DNA of 64,000 nucleotides from Blastocystis sp. Blastoise (GCA_039096225.1 JBBPEB010000019.1:248001-312000), one strand, 5' to 3'. Shown: positions 18,463 to 43,684, numbered from the stretch's first letter. Notes: generated by a model from the letters alone, not told the origin. A program made the numbers and translations.

Positions 18463-18682
18463 ATAAAATTTTTTTTGTTTTCTTATTTATATTATATTAT
18501 TGGGGTTTGTTATTAATTGCAGTTTCATTACATATATTTTTTGTTTTGTTGTTGTATTATATATATTGGAAAATTAAATAAAAAAAACTAAATAATAACT
18601 AGAAAATAAATTTTAAAGAAATAATAGTTGACTATTAATGAAAATCTTACAGAAATTATTATAATACAGAAGAAAAGGTTTT

Positions 18683-19330
18683 TTAAACATGAATTGTTTT
18701 TTTAGAAGTTTCGTTTTTGGTTTTCGATTTATCTTTAGTAGTCGTTACAGGAGTATTCTTTTTATCAGAAGCACGCTTAGTAATATGAATATCCTTCTTT
18801 GATTGTTTATATAATTTCACTTTATCACCAGCTATAGTCTTTATAGACTTTCCCTTATAATATTTATATAATATTAAAAGACATATAAGGACAATCATAA
18901 AAACAACGATTACAATAAGAATTGTTAACCATGTATTATTAATACCTAAAGGGCAACCTACGTATATATATTCATTGATATAATATCTTCAAATTTATTA
19001 TTATTATATATACCATCAGAATTAACATATGTGTATACAGTACGTCCAAATTGTATGTGACCTTCTATATTAGTTATATTTAATTATTTAATACATTTAT
19101 ATAATAATAATAATAATAATAATAATATATCAAATAATAATAATAATAATAATAATAAAAACATATCAAATAATAATAATAATAATAATAATATACCAGA
19201 AGGTGTAAAAGTAAAAGTATAAGGACCACCTAAATAGCTAGGGAAATCATCCCATAGTTGACGACCATTCTTATCATAACATTTATTTGTTCTTTATATA
19301 TAGATAAAATAAAATATTATTTCGTTTTTA

Positions 19331-19385
<55 letters not shown>

Positions 19386-19878
19386 AAAAATAAACATTAA
19401 AAACATACAAAAGACTAATAGGTTTTCCTGATTCTATTGGTGAAGTACAGTTGATATCAAGAGAAGATTTCAAGTCATAGGAAACAAAAGATACGTCAAC
19501 ACCAGATACATTATATGAATATTCTCCTGGCATATCATTATGCACAATATATTTCCAAATAAGACCATGAAGATGATTCTCTCCACAAGTTTCATCTGCT
19601 GGTTGCACATTTTGCATTTCAATTTTCCATAACTTTCCATCAAGATTAGAATAGAAAACATAATCAATATCTATATTATTAAAATAGAACTCATTAGCTC
19701 AACATAAAACAAAAAGAAGAAATACCTTCACCTTTTTGAGTGGAACAATCATCGGAGTATCTTCCACATACTATAATGCAAATTATTTTTATAAAATTAT
19801 TCTGAAACTCTTACACATTGCAGATTCACACGAAAGGAGGAAAAAACACATAGGTACAAGCAAATATCTGAATTGCAT
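18683..19878 (-). CDS. Orphan type-I single-pass membrane protein (6 exons)
   Basis: GT-AG exons give a signal peptide (MQFRYLLVPMCFFLLSCESA), a Cys-containing ectodomain, a TM helix (WLTILIVIVVFMIVLICLLILY) and a basic cytoplasmic tail ending KKTIHV*. Confidence 0.7.
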
Positions 19879-21819
19879 TATGATATAGTATGTTGTCACA
19901 ATAATCTATATATAAATTTAAAATGAATGAATAGAGCAATTCACTTTGTTGATTTAAAAAGTACTTTTAATATTGCTTCGTGACGATGTTTTCCGAATGC
20001 TGTGTCATCAATTGAGTTCTTTTAAAAAGATCGGCATTCATATTTACTGAAAAAACTCTCATGGTATGAATACTTATAGAGAAACATTTGTTTTGTCGTA
20101 TTTTCCTAGGGAATATCTCTCCTTTAGAATACCTCCTTGATAAGGTTTCCTACCCTAGACGAATTTGTTAGTTTGCATTACATTCTTTCTTATTTATAAA
20201 ATGAATTATCTTGCATAGTATCTGTTCAAAACAAAAATTTACTATTTGGTTACTTATATTGAACAACAGAAATCATGAGCTCATTCTTTATAACGACTTC
20301 CAGCAAAAGCAAATCCTATTGATGTTATTACGTGAAGAAAATTAAACAAAATCTTTATGTAAAATTAGTCAGAAACTAGTATCTCTTCTATATATATGGA
20401 TATGAACTCATTTTGAAATATACTCAACATATCTTTTTTATTTATTGTGGTTTTTCTTCAGATATAAGTGCTATAATCAAGTGCTCAGTTTGTGTTCTAT
20501 GGAATAAAGCAAAACCAAAGCCATGATCACATGAATAACAACCTTTTGTTCTTAATAGAAATATAAAGCAAAAATTCCGTTTTAAACAATGAATGAACTA
20601 TTGTAAGAAATAGTCAACATACATATAATTCATGATATAATGAAAGAATGCCTCTGAGAATTATCAATCAAAAAATGAAGGTGAAAAAGAATTTGAAACG
20701 GCTATCCCTTTTTTTTTCTTCACCGTTCATTTTTATTATTTTTTCAGATATAGAAAATGAATGTTATAGCTTCTAATATTAATTTTGCAAATGATGATAC
20801 TTGTATTATTTGTTCTTCATATATTTAAAAGATTGAATTCATATTCTATAAACAAAAGACATTTGTTTTAATAATCCATAAAAATCCATATATGTTTTTA
20901 ACAACTGTCTTGTCATTTCAAACATATGTTATAATGATATCCAACAACAAAAGAAGTCTTCTTCACTATTTTGAGAACACTCCGTGCAGCTTTCATTACA
21001 AAATAAATTGTTCATTTTTTATTAAGACAATATCAGCAGATCTTATTCAATAAGAGTGTCTCTCTATAGTTTTTTCTCATATACATACATCCCATGAAAT
21101 TAAGTAATAGCCAATCTCTTATTTTTCAAATTGAGTTATCTTCATTATATACATGACTAAAACAACATGGTTTAAGCATCAATCTGAATACTATATAAAT
21201 ACTATCTTAAATATTGAATTCCTTTTTTATTCCATATCAAGAATATTTTTTTATCAAAAAATGAATCCTTAAAAAAAAGTTGTTATTCAACTTGATATCA
21301 ATCAAGTGATATTGGGAATCATTGGAATTATTTTATATATGATAAGTCCTATTAAGATTTTTTTAAACATTAGATTTGTCAAAAAGTGTCATTACATGTC
21401 TAATTCGATGTTGATCTGTTTTGAAATTCTTAAATAATGGATAGATTTCGATAATACGAATAAGGACTAGTAGTAAGATATAGTCAAAATACCATTTGAT
21501 CTAGCTTTAACTTGTCAATTTTGACAAAAAAGCATGTTTATGATAAAATTCTCCATTCTATTGGTTGTTCATAGAAAAGTGCACATGTCTTTTGTCAAGA
21601 AAAACCGATTTCACTTTTATTGAATTTCATATGGCTATTTTTACATTGTTATATGGCTCTTTTGTTTGCAATGATCTTTTATTTTTTATTTGTTTCATAT
21701 TTTATTCGAACGATTCTTTTTTCGAAAAAAAAGGTATACATTTTGTCGTGTACTCATCATTGTACTTATTTTATCTGTTTCTAGGCTTTTCTGTATTCAA
21801 GAAAGAATTACGAAATAAT

Positions 21820-24506
<2,687 letters not shown>

Positions 24507-26347
24507 TTATATAGATAAACAATAAATATATATATTAATTATTTTCATTTATTATTATTATTATCACCTTATATATATATATGTAGTTAACATATACTTT
24601 AACTTATACATCTTTTTTTATTATTAGCAACCTGTTTTATTAACGGTTATTCCCATTATATTCTCATTTTTTCATCTTTTTGTTTTTATTATCTTTATTA
24701 TTATCTAATTAATATCTGTATTTATAATATTTATAAATATACATATATTAATTATATATATGTATTGTATTGATATATTCAAATATTTACATTTTTATAC
24801 TTGAAATATTTATCTCTCTATACATAATAATCACTTTTTATACTTCATTTCTTTATCTCTTTTTTATCGTTATTCTCTCTTTATTATGAAGAATATAATA
24901 TCTACCTATTTATCTACTGTTAAAAGTATTCTATTTCTCTATTCATACCATTTTTTATAATATGAATATTCATATTCTGTTGTCTATCTACTAGATATAT
25001 ATATTTATATATATATTTATAGGATACATACATATATATATATATAATCATTTTTCTTGAGTCTTATCTCAATTCTTTACTATCTTACACTTTTTCTATA
25101 TATATATATATATATAATTAACTAGATCTCTGTTTATGGTTGGAAAAACAATTGTTATTTATTATTTTTCTATTTATATGTAAATAAATAATAATTCTTT
25201 CACATTACATTTTTTTCTATAATCATACTATAGTTCAATCACTATTTTTGAAAAATACCTCTCTATATCTTTTCTATTATATTCTCTTTTGTATTTTCTT
25301 CCTAGATGTATATGAAATAAATTTTATTTATATATGTATTTGCAATACTTTTCTACTAATGACAGTTTTTTAACTTTTACTAGTTTATTGTCATTTTTAA
25401 TTAATAATATTCTACTTTTTCCTCTTTAATAAGATTATTGTCTTCTTCACTCTATGTATTTTTATAAAAGTATTTGTTTTTTTTTTATATTTGTTTCTAA
25501 AATTTTTGTTTTTCATTTTCATTTTCGTTTCTTTTTATATCATACACAATTAGATATTTTCACTTTTTATAAACTGATTGAATTCAATTGTAAAATAAGT
25601 CTATTATATATATTATACTATCAAGAGTATCACATAATGATATACACTATCAATTCTAACAATGTTTCTACCCTGTATTTGATACTAATTGTAACATTTC
25701 ATTATAGTTCATTATATACATTATTACACATATCTGTAATAAAAAAGAGATCCTGTATATTCTTGTATTTCTAAAAATCAGCTTTTGTCATTATATATTG
25801 TCATTTTAATAGAAAAAATGTACCTTTATTTATTGAAATTTTGTTCTAAATCGTTTTTTACATATATAAAAATTCTTATATAATATTTCTAGAGAATAAA
25901 TTATTTTTGAATCTAAAGATAATAAATAGCATTCATTAGTCTTCTGTTGAATGACTCAATTCTTTCAACTAATAATATAAATAAACTCTTCTTTTTATCA
26001 TTATTAATAAATATAATGTATAATAGATATAACTGTATAACTGTCATTCGATTTAATAATCAGAACTTATATAACGAAGCAAATACATAAAAAATACATA
26101 TGTATTCTTTATTGTTTTATAAAGATATAAATAAATAATAGAAATCTTACATAAAAAAAACGATATTCTTATTATTGTTTGTTATATATATGGAAAGAAA
26201 AGGAGAAAAAAACATTATTAATAAACATATAAATATAACAAAAAAGGAAAAAAGATATTTAAAAAAAATAAGTTTTTAAATAATATGGAAAACATAAATA
26301 TAAATAAAATATATATACTAATTTATCATTAACTAAATAAGACATGA

Positions 26348-32364
<6,017 letters not shown>

Positions 32365-32927
32365 TTATCTTAAAATGAATGTATTTAAAGTATCTCTTTG
32401 GAATAAATTAGATGAACAAGAAAAATATTTCCCATTGAAAAAAGTTGAAATAAAAATAGAGAAAAATAATGAATAACCAGGATTCTATTCGTTTTAACAT
32501 GGGAGTTCAATAATCCTATTTTAGTGGTTTTACCAAATTCCTCATCCAATATATTTCTTTTTGGAACACAATTGCTTGATTGGTTTATTTTGATGTTTAA
32601 AAAGAATATGGTTGGTTATAAATGATACTGGCTAAACTACAAATAATAAAAAAATGACGCAATTCTATAATTCTTTTTAATTAAACGTCATATAAACGGA
32701 ATAATAAAAAAATATTATAAATAGATAGTTTTATTTGATTCTATAGATTTTTATAATGAAATTAAGATATGAAAACAAAGCAAAAAAATTCAAGCTGCAA
32801 TTGTATAATTAATTAGAGTTTAAAATACAATTCATATATAAATATGTTACTTTATTAAATAAAAGCAAAAGAAAATCAAATATATTCAATATTAAGTAGC
32901 TCTACAATATAGGTTGTAGTAGAATTC

Positions 32928-33424
32928 TTAATGAAGATATTTGTTCATGAGAGCAGTGGTACAAGGATTGAAACCACTAACTTCAGCTCCAGAAGTTCTA
33001 GTCTTTTGGAATTGAGATCTGACTTGTTTAGCAAGGACTTTACCTAATTCAACACCCCATTGATCAAAAGAACAAATATTCCAAATAAAACCCTATAAGT
33101 GAACATATAAATAGAAAATATTATTAAAAATAATAATTATATATATATAATATAGATTATATATATATAATATAGATTATATATATAATATAGATTATAT
33201 ATATATAATATGGATTATATATATAATATAGATTATATATACTTCAACAGCAGTTCTATGTTCATAAATGGATAATAATTCACCACAAGTATAAGCATTT
33301 AATTCATTAAAGAGAATAGAAGAAGAAGGACGATTACCAGAGAAAATCTATTATATATATATAAATAGGATTAGTTATATATAAATAAAAATAAAAATAA
33401 ATAAATAAGTAAATAAATAAATAA

Positions 33425-33481
<57 letters not shown>

Positions 33482-35562
33482 ATGAGCAAATAATTCAGGT
33501 TTAACTCCTTCTTTTTCTAAGTCTTGTTGAGTCTTACCACAAGCAAGAGCATCAGGTTGAGCAAAGAAATTAGACATTAATTCATCATGATTACAAACAG
33601 GCTATATATATATATATATATATAGAATAGTGATTATAATAAATAGAATATTATAATAGAATACTAAAAACTAATAATATATAATAATGATAAATAGAAT
33701 AATAAGTATATATACTTCTCCTTCAATAGAGACAGGTTGTTGAGATTGTTTGAATCCAATGAAATCCGCGGGAATAACTCTTCCTTGATGAATCAATTGA
33801 TAGAAAGAGTGTTGACCATTAGTACCTGGTTCACCAAAATCAACTTCACCAGCAGCAAAAGGAAGAACAGTTCCATCCATAGTAATACGTTTACCATTAC
33901 TTTCCATATCAACTTGTTGAATATGAGCGGGGAAACGAAGAAGAGATTGAGCATAAGGAAGAAGAGCACGAGTAGGATATTCTAAGAATGAAGAATTCCA
34001 GACACCAAGAAGACCCATAAGAACAGGAATATTCTTATTCATAGGAGTAGTAGCAAAGTGAACATCTATAGCATGAGCACCAGATAAGAATTGAGACATG
34101 ATTTCATAACCATATTGAAGAGAAAGAGGAAGCATACCAACAGCAGAACATACACTGTATCTTCCACCAACCCAATCCCAGAATCCGAAAATATTTTCAG
34201 ATTTAATACCAAAGTTATTACAGAGAGGAATGTTAGTAGAAACAGCACATAAATGTTTAGCAATAATATCAGCATCACTAGCACCAGTACTATATATATA
34301 TATTATTATTATTTATATTATAAATTAATGAATATAATAAATACTGTTTAAGATTCTTTAAGATCCAGTCTCTAGCAGTCTTAGCATTAAGCATAGTTTC
34401 AGCAGTAGTAAAAGTCTTACTGACAATAACAATAAGAGTATGTTCAGCATCTAAAGTCTCAAAACATCTCCAGGTATCAACAGGATCAACATTAGCTAAG
34501 AACTTTAAGGTACGACCCTTAGCAGCAACAGAAGCTTCCTTATCTATATTTTAGTATATATATGTTAGAGAATCAAGATATTATTGAAATAATAATAATA
34601 ATAAGTATTATAATATTTTAATAATAATAATAATAATATAGATAATAATAATAAAAATAATAATAAGTATTATTATAATAATAATAATATATACCAGCAC
34701 GAAGAGCTTCGAAAACAAATTCAGGACCAAGATAAGAACCACCAATACCAATAGAAACAACAGTAGTAAGATTCTTACCAGTTACACCCTATAAAATAAA
34801 CAAATAATAATAAACAAATAATAATAAACAAATAATAATAACTAAATAATAATAAACACATAATAATAAACACATAATACATACCTTTAATTCACCATTT
34901 CTGATTTTATCAGAGAATATTTTAATGTTATTTAAAGTTTCATGCACTTTAGGAACAACATCTTCTCCATCAACAATAATAGACTATAATAGAAATAATA
35001 ATATATTAAATATATAACAAGAATTATATATATTTCAAAATAATAATGTCTTTATTTACTTACTTGATCCTTAGTAGCACGAAGAGCAGTGTGTAAAACA
35101 GCACGATTTTCAGTGATATTAATCTTCTTACCAGAAGTCATAGCTTGCTATACATTATATTCAATAATAATACTATTTAATACAATATATATACAATCTT
35201 TTCTTCAAGTTTAGCTTCCCTAGCAAGAGCAAAAAGCTTTTCCTATAAGAATATATATATATTACAAAAGTTTTCAAAAAAAAAAAAAATGGTTTCTAAT
35301 TGATAAAAATATATGTGTATCTTTAAACTTATAATAAAATAATAATATAAATAGATACCATGATTTCAGGAGTAACTCTTTGACGAGTATAATCAAGTAT
35401 AATATTGTCAAATTCAGCAGAGAATTGATCAAAACGGGTTTCATCCTTTAATAATTCCTTTAAGTGAGTTTGATTAATCTTAGGAACTTCTTCCTTTAAA
35501 GCCTTCCAGGCATCAGTTTCCCAAATGTGTTGGTTGTATATAGTTTGAACGAAGCTATCCAT
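32928..35562 (-). CDS. GPI: Glucose-6-phosphate isomerase (10 exons)
   Basis: [87 protein letters not shown]. All junctions GT-AG and in frame. Confidence 0.98.
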
Positions 35563-36328
35563 TAGTACAAAATAATATTATTATGCAGAAAAAGAATAAA
35601 TATCAAATCTATATGTATTTGTGAACAAAGAGATTTCCCTTCATATTCGAATATTCACGAATTTCCTTTAAAAACCCCGAATTTCTTCATATTTCCCACT
35701 TTCAACGTTATAGGTTTCTTGACAAATAAACAAATGATTCGTTTTCTTTGTGTTGCGTCATTTTAAGAAGGTTATGGAAAAATCAACAGATTCACTTGTG
35801 AACAGTGACCTTTTGACTTAAGTTCCCTTTATTCTGGTCTCTTTTTATAATTAATCTTTGCAGCCAAAACTATTTGAACTCAAAATCTTCATAAAAATAG
35901 TATTTTAACAAATAATCATTTCATTTAATTGCAAGTTATGTGATATTTTACTGTGAATATTTTTTCAATTAATATTTAAAATTATTTAAATTACAAATGA
36001 AGAGGCTTTGAAACAGTTCTCTTGAGTAAAACAAAACAAAACAACATTATTAGAAAATAAAATATTCATTTTGATATAAAACCAAAAGAAATTCAGCATA
36101 CTAGTGTAATTAAGATATTAAAAGCAGAAAAAAAAAGGAAAAAAAGTCAAAATTAATATTAAATGTTTTTTATTGTATGATATAAACACACTATCATGAA
36201 TTAAGGTTAAAAAATAATTTTTTTTAATATATAAAAATGGAAAAGTAATATAAATATAATACTGAATTCTATTATATTTAAAAAAAATATTTAAAAAAAA
36301 AAGAAATATATCATTATTATATATATAT

Positions 36329-37140
36329 TTAATGTCTTGGATAATTCGGGTAATAATTGTTATTTTGTGGTTTATTATTGATATTATTATGAAGAGGAGC
36401 ATTAAAAGGGAGTCGTGGAGTCATATGTATTTGAGGATCAGGATAAGAAGGAGGATAATTATATGAATTCATTGGTTTGATAGTTCCTTGAGGTCTTGAA
36501 GGCATGTTCATAGTTGATGATGGAATATCCGAATTATAATTACGATTATCACAATAATTCGAATAAACAGGTCTTTGAGGTGGTGAATATAAAGAAGGTG
36601 AAGAAGAGGAAGGTACATTTGAAGATTGTCTAGGATAATGACCCGTAGATATAGAAGATAATGGAGGCATAACACGAGGAGGAGGAGGAGGAGGAGTAAT
36701 ATAATAAGGATGATTAGGACGAGAAGAAGGATATAGAGGTTCTTGTCTTCTTTGAGGAGGAGGTATTGATTGTCTTGGGATAGGTCTTCGTGATAGTTGT
36801 TGAGATACTAAGGGTGGAGGAGGTAGTTGACGAGCACGAGGTAGAGAAGGAGATAAAGTATCTATATATCTAGGTTCTTCATTCATAGGAACATTTCGTG
36901 GATATTGTGAAGGCATCAAAGGATAATTATTCTTCATATTAATTATATTCTTAGTATTAGTTGGAGGAATTGAATTATTAGTCGCATTTATAAGTGAATT
37001 CATTGGTCTCATATCAGATCGACCTTCAGGAAGTGAAATATTATTGTTAATAGTATTATTGTTATTATTATTCATATTTCTATTCATATTATTATTGTTC
37101 ATGTTTATATTTATATTTGTATTCAAATTATTATTGTTCA

Positions 37141-37206
<66 letters not shown>

Positions 37207-39807
37207 TATTATTATTATTCATATTATTATTATTCATATTATTATTATTATTATTCATATTATTATTCATATTATTATTATTCATATTATTATTATTCAT
37301 ATTATTATTATTATTCATATTATTATTATTCATATTATTATTATTCATATTATTATTATATTCTTGATAATTAGGTCGTTGAATACTTTGTGATTGGTCC
37401 ATAAATTGGCGAGGATATAAAGTTAAAGGGCGTTCTGGAAAAATATTTCTATCATCCTTTATAGCAGGAGAAGTAGTCATTTGATTCGGTTGAGTGTTAT
37501 TATTCTTATTTCGATTATTCTTTATATTGATATTACTATCACTGTCAGGAGTATATGATATATATGTATCTTGTATACCATCTTCTTGGTCCATACGTTT
37601 CGACATATACTCCTCTTTGTGTTCCTTCTCCTCCTCATGACTCTCAACAATTGTGTTCCTCGTACGTTTCCGACCACGACCCCCTCTCGCGGTACCACGT
37701 CTACCCCTTCCACGATTAGCACGTTTAGATTGGTCACTCGATATATCTATATTTATATTTGTATTTGTATTTGGATTCATATTCATAGGAGCATCTTTTG
37801 TTATATTAATACCTCTATTATTATTATCAATATTCTCATTCACAATTAGGGATGAAGAAGGTATTTCTGCTACTATATCATTATCTATAAATCGTATTCT
37901 CTTTTCTTGAAGAGGTAACTGCTCTTTCATTTTTGTAGGTATAACGATATTTCTATTATTTAAATTTCTATTATTAATATTTCTTCCAGATTCTCTAGAA
38001 GGTATTGGGCGTTTCATAATAGTTTCTTTTGTTCTATTAGGTATATTATTACGATTAGGAGGAGGAGGAGGAGCTGTAGTAGTATTATTATTAGGAGCAA
38101 CAGTAGTATTAGGAGGAGTAGTAAGAGCTTGCATATATCTTGTACGTAATCTATAATCATGTATACAAGGGATTTGAGATGGATATTTTGGATATAACAT
38201 ATAATCATCAGAATAAACTTGACGATAATATAACCCACACATAATAAGCCATTCTTTACGAACTATACATATTCCTTGTTGTAAGGCGATATCTACTTTA
38301 GAAGTACGTTTATTAGATGCAATAAGATGTGTTGTTCTTATTTCTCCTTCTTTAGGAGTAATAATAAGATCTTTTGTTATAGTAGCACCTAATTGACTAG
38401 CTAATTGGTATAATTCATGTTTAGTATTATCAGAATTCGTAGGAATTAATCCAGAGAAACAAATAGAAAGATGACTCAATACATGTGTTTGACGACGAAT
38501 TAATAATCGACGAATATCGACACCATAGGTGTCATCGGATGCGTCATCTTGCTTTGAAGATACAAGTGACTCTCCATCAGAACTTATTTCATCATTTGCA
38601 AACATAGATTGTCCTATATAATCCTTATATAATAAAGATAAGAATCTTGCTGTATTTACAAAATAACGTCTTTCTTTCTCTTCATATTCTTGGATTTGAG
38701 AAGCAGTCATCATTTCATCTGTGAAGAATACATAAGGAACACATTTAAATACACTTTCTTTAGGATTATACGTAGATACATCAAGAGAGAAAGGTATAGA
38801 AGGATTTGATTTAGTAGTAGCTTCATTAATCCATACTTCATTTCGATCATCTACAACAATACTTGTTTTTAATAAATCACTAAAGGACATATCGGTATCA
38901 TGCTCCCATGTATCCGTTATATATGTTAATAACTGACTTAACGACTTAAAATTCGTTTTCGTTGTAGTCAACGGATCACGTGTAATAAGACGATCTTTAA
39001 AATATTTCCTATATATATATATATTATAGAGAAATAAATACATATTATAAAAATTAATTGTTTAAATATATATATAATATATATAGATTTGTTTTATTAT
39101 TAATAAATAATAAATAATTTATATATATATATATATACCCTTCAGGATCAATTCGTCTTACCATTTCTTCTGCATATTTCGTTTCTCCTTGAGTATATAT
39201 AAACATTTCATATTTATCTGCTAATTTCTCTAGGAATTCGTCTAAACCAGGACGTTTCTTTGCCCAAACATATGTAGAAACTAATACTGTTTCTTGACGA
39301 TTCTCCTGTTGAGAAATAGTGTTACGATTAGCACTAAGGATTGGATCTTTAGCTTCATTTGATTGGTTTATTTCTGTATCTGTATCTGTATCCGTATCTA
39401 AAGTATCCTCATTATTCATATCTTTTGCATCATCTGTACGACCATTGAAAGATATAGTATTATTATTAGTATTATTAGTAGTAATAGTAGCATTACTAGT
39501 TGAAGAAGGACTTACAGTATCCTTTCTTTTCACAGGCACATACTGATCTAGTGGGAACTCAAATATATCACTTTCTATTTGCTGTTTTGTATTATTTGTC
39601 TATATATATAATATAAGTTAAATAAATATAGAATACATAATATTATATATATATAGATTATATACAGTAATAGATTTAACATAATTAATATATTGTTGAG
39701 CTCGTTTATTATTACTAGCGTGAATAAGTGTCTGATCTAAATCTAAAATAAGATGCAACTTGGGTAACTATATATATAATATATTATTATTATTATGTTT
39801 ATTATTA

Positions 39808-39845
<38 letters not shown>

Positions 39846-40792
39846 GATGAATAAATATATTAATAATATGAATAAAAAGAATTCAATTGAGAATAAGAAA
39901 GAATATATATAAAAACATTTTATATTAAATATACAAAATACTATAAAATAACTATGTATATATACATTATGATCAAATTCGATATCTTCCGTTTCACTAG
40001 CTCGAAAAGAAGAGCGTGTGCTATTCATGTGACTTAATTGTGCTCCTCCTGGATATATAGTATTTATATTTGGATTTGTTTGTGGAATGAATGGTGTAGT
40101 AGATATATTCATATTATAAGGTTGTGAGTATATATTATTAGGTAGAGAAGGAGAAGAAGGAGAAGAAGGAGTAGAAGGAGTAATAGAAGGAGTAATAGAA
40201 GGAGCAATAGAAGGAACAATAGAAGGAGTAGGAAGAGGAGATAAATACTCAGATATATTAATAGGTATATATTTATTAACAGGATGCATACTATAGATAA
40301 AAGTATAAATATATATAAATAATATATATATACATAGGAGATGTAGTAGCTTGAGATGAAGGTAGTTTATTAATAAGAATAGAATTTTTACTATTATTTA
40401 TATTCTGTATATTCCTTAATACTTGTTGAATGCATGGTGCTATATAATCATAAATATTAAACATCATAGAGGCAACAGCTAGAGGAGAGAGAGAATGTAT
40501 TCCATATAATGCTATATAGAAAATAGAAATAATAAATAGATTATATATATATATATATGTTAGAATAAATAGATCATAAACTCAATACTATGTATATAAA
40601 CATATATACTTTTCATAATATCTTCATGATGTATATATTTGGTATTATATAAAGGAATTCGTATACCAAATAAAAAGAGAGATATATAAGAATATAAAAG
40701 ATAAGCAGGAGGATGTGCAATAGACTCAATAGACTATATATAGTATTATTATTACATTTATTATATTTATTATATTTATAATTATTTCTATT

Positions 40793-40829
<37 letters not shown>

Positions 40830-41995
40830 TATACATAGAATTTGAATAGTGGTTTATTAAAGGAATCATAGAGTGTGGCATCAATAAAATGATAGTAACG
40901 ATCTTGATTAATAGGAGATATATCCATATATATATTCTCCTGTTTATAATAACTATATAATAATAAGTATAATAAGTATAAGTATAATAATAATAATAGC
41001 ATATATATACTCTTCAAGTCTCTGTTTAATTTGGTTATAATTGAATCTAAAGATATGACTGGAGTTAAATAAGGAGATAAAATAATCATAAGGAGTAGCC
41101 ATATGATTCAATAAAGGACATCTATATATATATTATATATATATTATATAATATATTATATATATATCTTTCATACTTATATAGATCTCTTATACATATA
41201 TCTAGTTCATCTAATCCTAATTTTTCTCTTAATAAATCTGATAGGCCATAAACAAGTAATATAGAATAAGAAGTGGTATATTTATTCTGAAAGAAGTTCT
41301 TTAAAGATTCACTTACCATAGCAATAGAGGTAATATGAATATGATCTAATTCAGCCGTATTCAGCTCAGTGTAAGAATGGTCTGAAAAAGGAATCAGTTC
41401 GGTAATAGATTGAGAAAGATGAATCAAACAATGTTCATATATATATACATTTTCCTGTTTATCCATTAATAATATCTATGTATATATAGATATATGTATA
41501 TAGTCCAGAAATCAATATTATTATTGGATATATATATATAGTTATGACTATTAGATTGTTATATATAATTGAATATAAGTAAAAGAAAAAAGGATTGAAG
41601 AGTAAAAGTTTTATATATATGTATATAGATTCTTAAAATGTTTTTAAAGTATTATTTATTGATTATAATCCATATAATCGTTATTATTATTATTATAAAA
41701 CTATTTTAAATGAGTCGATCAATATAGAATTAGTATATATATAAATAATATGTAATAGTTTACATATATATATTGAAGACATTTTGATTTAAAATAATTT
41801 ATCATGTCATATATAAATATATATTTAAGAAAATAAAGTTATATATATATATATATATATATATTGTAAAATGAATATATATATATATATATACATTGAT
41901 AAGATTAGAGTTTTTACTTGCTGGATATATATAAAGACAATATACTTCAGTAGGAAGAGATGGAGAAATCATTTTAGTCTCATTTATAGATAAAC

Positions 41996-42036
<41 letters not shown>

Positions 42037-43481
42037 CAAACATAATTTATAAATAGATTATATGTTTAGATTTCTATATTATTATTATTATATATATATA
42101 TATATATAATACTAGAAGTATAAGAGACCCATTCATTGGGGTTGACTTTTGGCGGGTAAAAGGATTGAATTAGGGGGGATAAGAGGGGATATGCAGGTGA
42201 AGAAGAGAAGTCAGAGGGAAATGGATATATCTATATATATATATAACATAATAGTATAGTATATAATATACTATTTATTTATCATAAATAAAATATTTTA
42301 TTAAAAAAATATTTAAAACTATAAATAATAGTTAAACATATAGATACATAATGAATAAAATCAATAGTAGCTTTAGCATTATTATTATTGTTATTCATAA
42401 TAATATTTGTGGCTATATTTGGAGAAGTATTATGAGAAGCAGAGAGTATAGGAGAGGTAGAAGAAGATAATGTTATTGGCACTAATGAAGGAGAGAGAGA
42501 AGTTAGAGAGGGATTGGGATTGGAACCTAAAGGACTACTTTGATTGGTGTTTGAATGTAATGAGGAAGAGTGCGTCATTAAAGAAACAATAATAATGTCA
42601 ATATATATATAGAGTATAAGAAATATGATTATAAGAATTGTATGTATTATATTTATATTTATTATTGTTTGTATAAGTTTATATTAAAATATAATATGTA
42701 TAATATATATATATATCAATAATTATTCAATAAATATAAATATAATAAATAGAAAAAAAAAGAATCTATTAAAGATTGATGACTTCTTAAAGAATCCAGT
42801 ATAGATCTAAAACAAATGTATTATAAGCAATTTATCTTTTTCATTAAGTTTCTTTTCAAGATAAATAATCTTTAGATAAATGCTTATACATTGATTCATT
42901 ATAAGAATAGATGGGTCGACACAATTAGACAACTTCTTCGTATTCTACAGAATAAAATCATTTGATTATATATTTCTATAAGATACAGTAATCATCATTT
43001 TCCTTAATTTCTGCAGAATTATCATTATTTCTTCAAGAAATAATTAGAATAAAAAGAGAAGTCAAAATTGTTCTTGGAAAACTAGAAGATAGACAACTAA
43101 ATAACTCTTTTATTCCTCCATATATCACACATATACACAAATTAGAATAATCCATAATTTAAATAAGGATATTTCATCTATAAGAATATCTTCCTCTAAT
43201 TCTCCTTCTTCTAAGTCACTATTATCAGCTATACATGTTATTTATTACATCAGTTGTTATTTTAAAGGAATTAATATGTAAAATGGAAGTATAGAACTCT
43301 AACATACAATGACTTGACATCATTTATTGAGAATAACAAGTTTTGGTGACTTTACAATTGTATGGAGAATTCAACTTGTATCGTTATCGATCGAAATATA
43401 TAATAGAAGCAACTTGTATTGATAATAATTCATAAAAAGAAAAACTTATTCAAGAATACTTTTATTGAATTAATGGACATT
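36329..43481 (-). CDS. FCP1: FCP1/CPL-like RNA polymerase II CTD phosphatase with BRCT domain (5' exons uncertain)
   Basis: LILDLDQTLIHA (DxDxT, 39729-39743), KKRPGLDEFL, IYTQGETKYA, IVVDDRNEVW; BRCT ICFSGLIP..TTHLIA..IVRKEWL; long Pro/Asn-rich tail. Upstream exons 40-43.5 kb (including DLEEGELEE) are assigned tentatively and could be a separate gene. Confidence 0.8.
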
Positions 43482-43684
43482 TTCATTTATATGATCCTGA
43501 AATAAATACAAAAATCTCTGTAATTTTTGTTAGAAAATGTCAAAAGTAATATATATCACCTTTCTTTTTCCATTTTTGTTCTTTAAAAATACCAAAACAT
43601 TTCCTTGGTTTTTTTATATTAAAAAAAAGGAAAGACTTCATTAATTGATAATTTTTTTTCTTTGTAACCTGTCTACTCAATATC

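Noticed and set aside
19900-21500. Long gene-free intervals (also 14350-15450 and 59600-60700) as possible mobile elements or ncRNA
   Set aside because: I saw no terminal repeats, transposase or RT fragments, or recognisable RNA-gene motifs. A covariance-model search would be needed to exclude ncRNA.
21565-21819. Hydrophobic N-terminal extension of the Mei2-like ORF
   Set aside because: It starts at TTG and is T-rich UTR-like sequence; MSTQSL at 21820 is the more plausible start.
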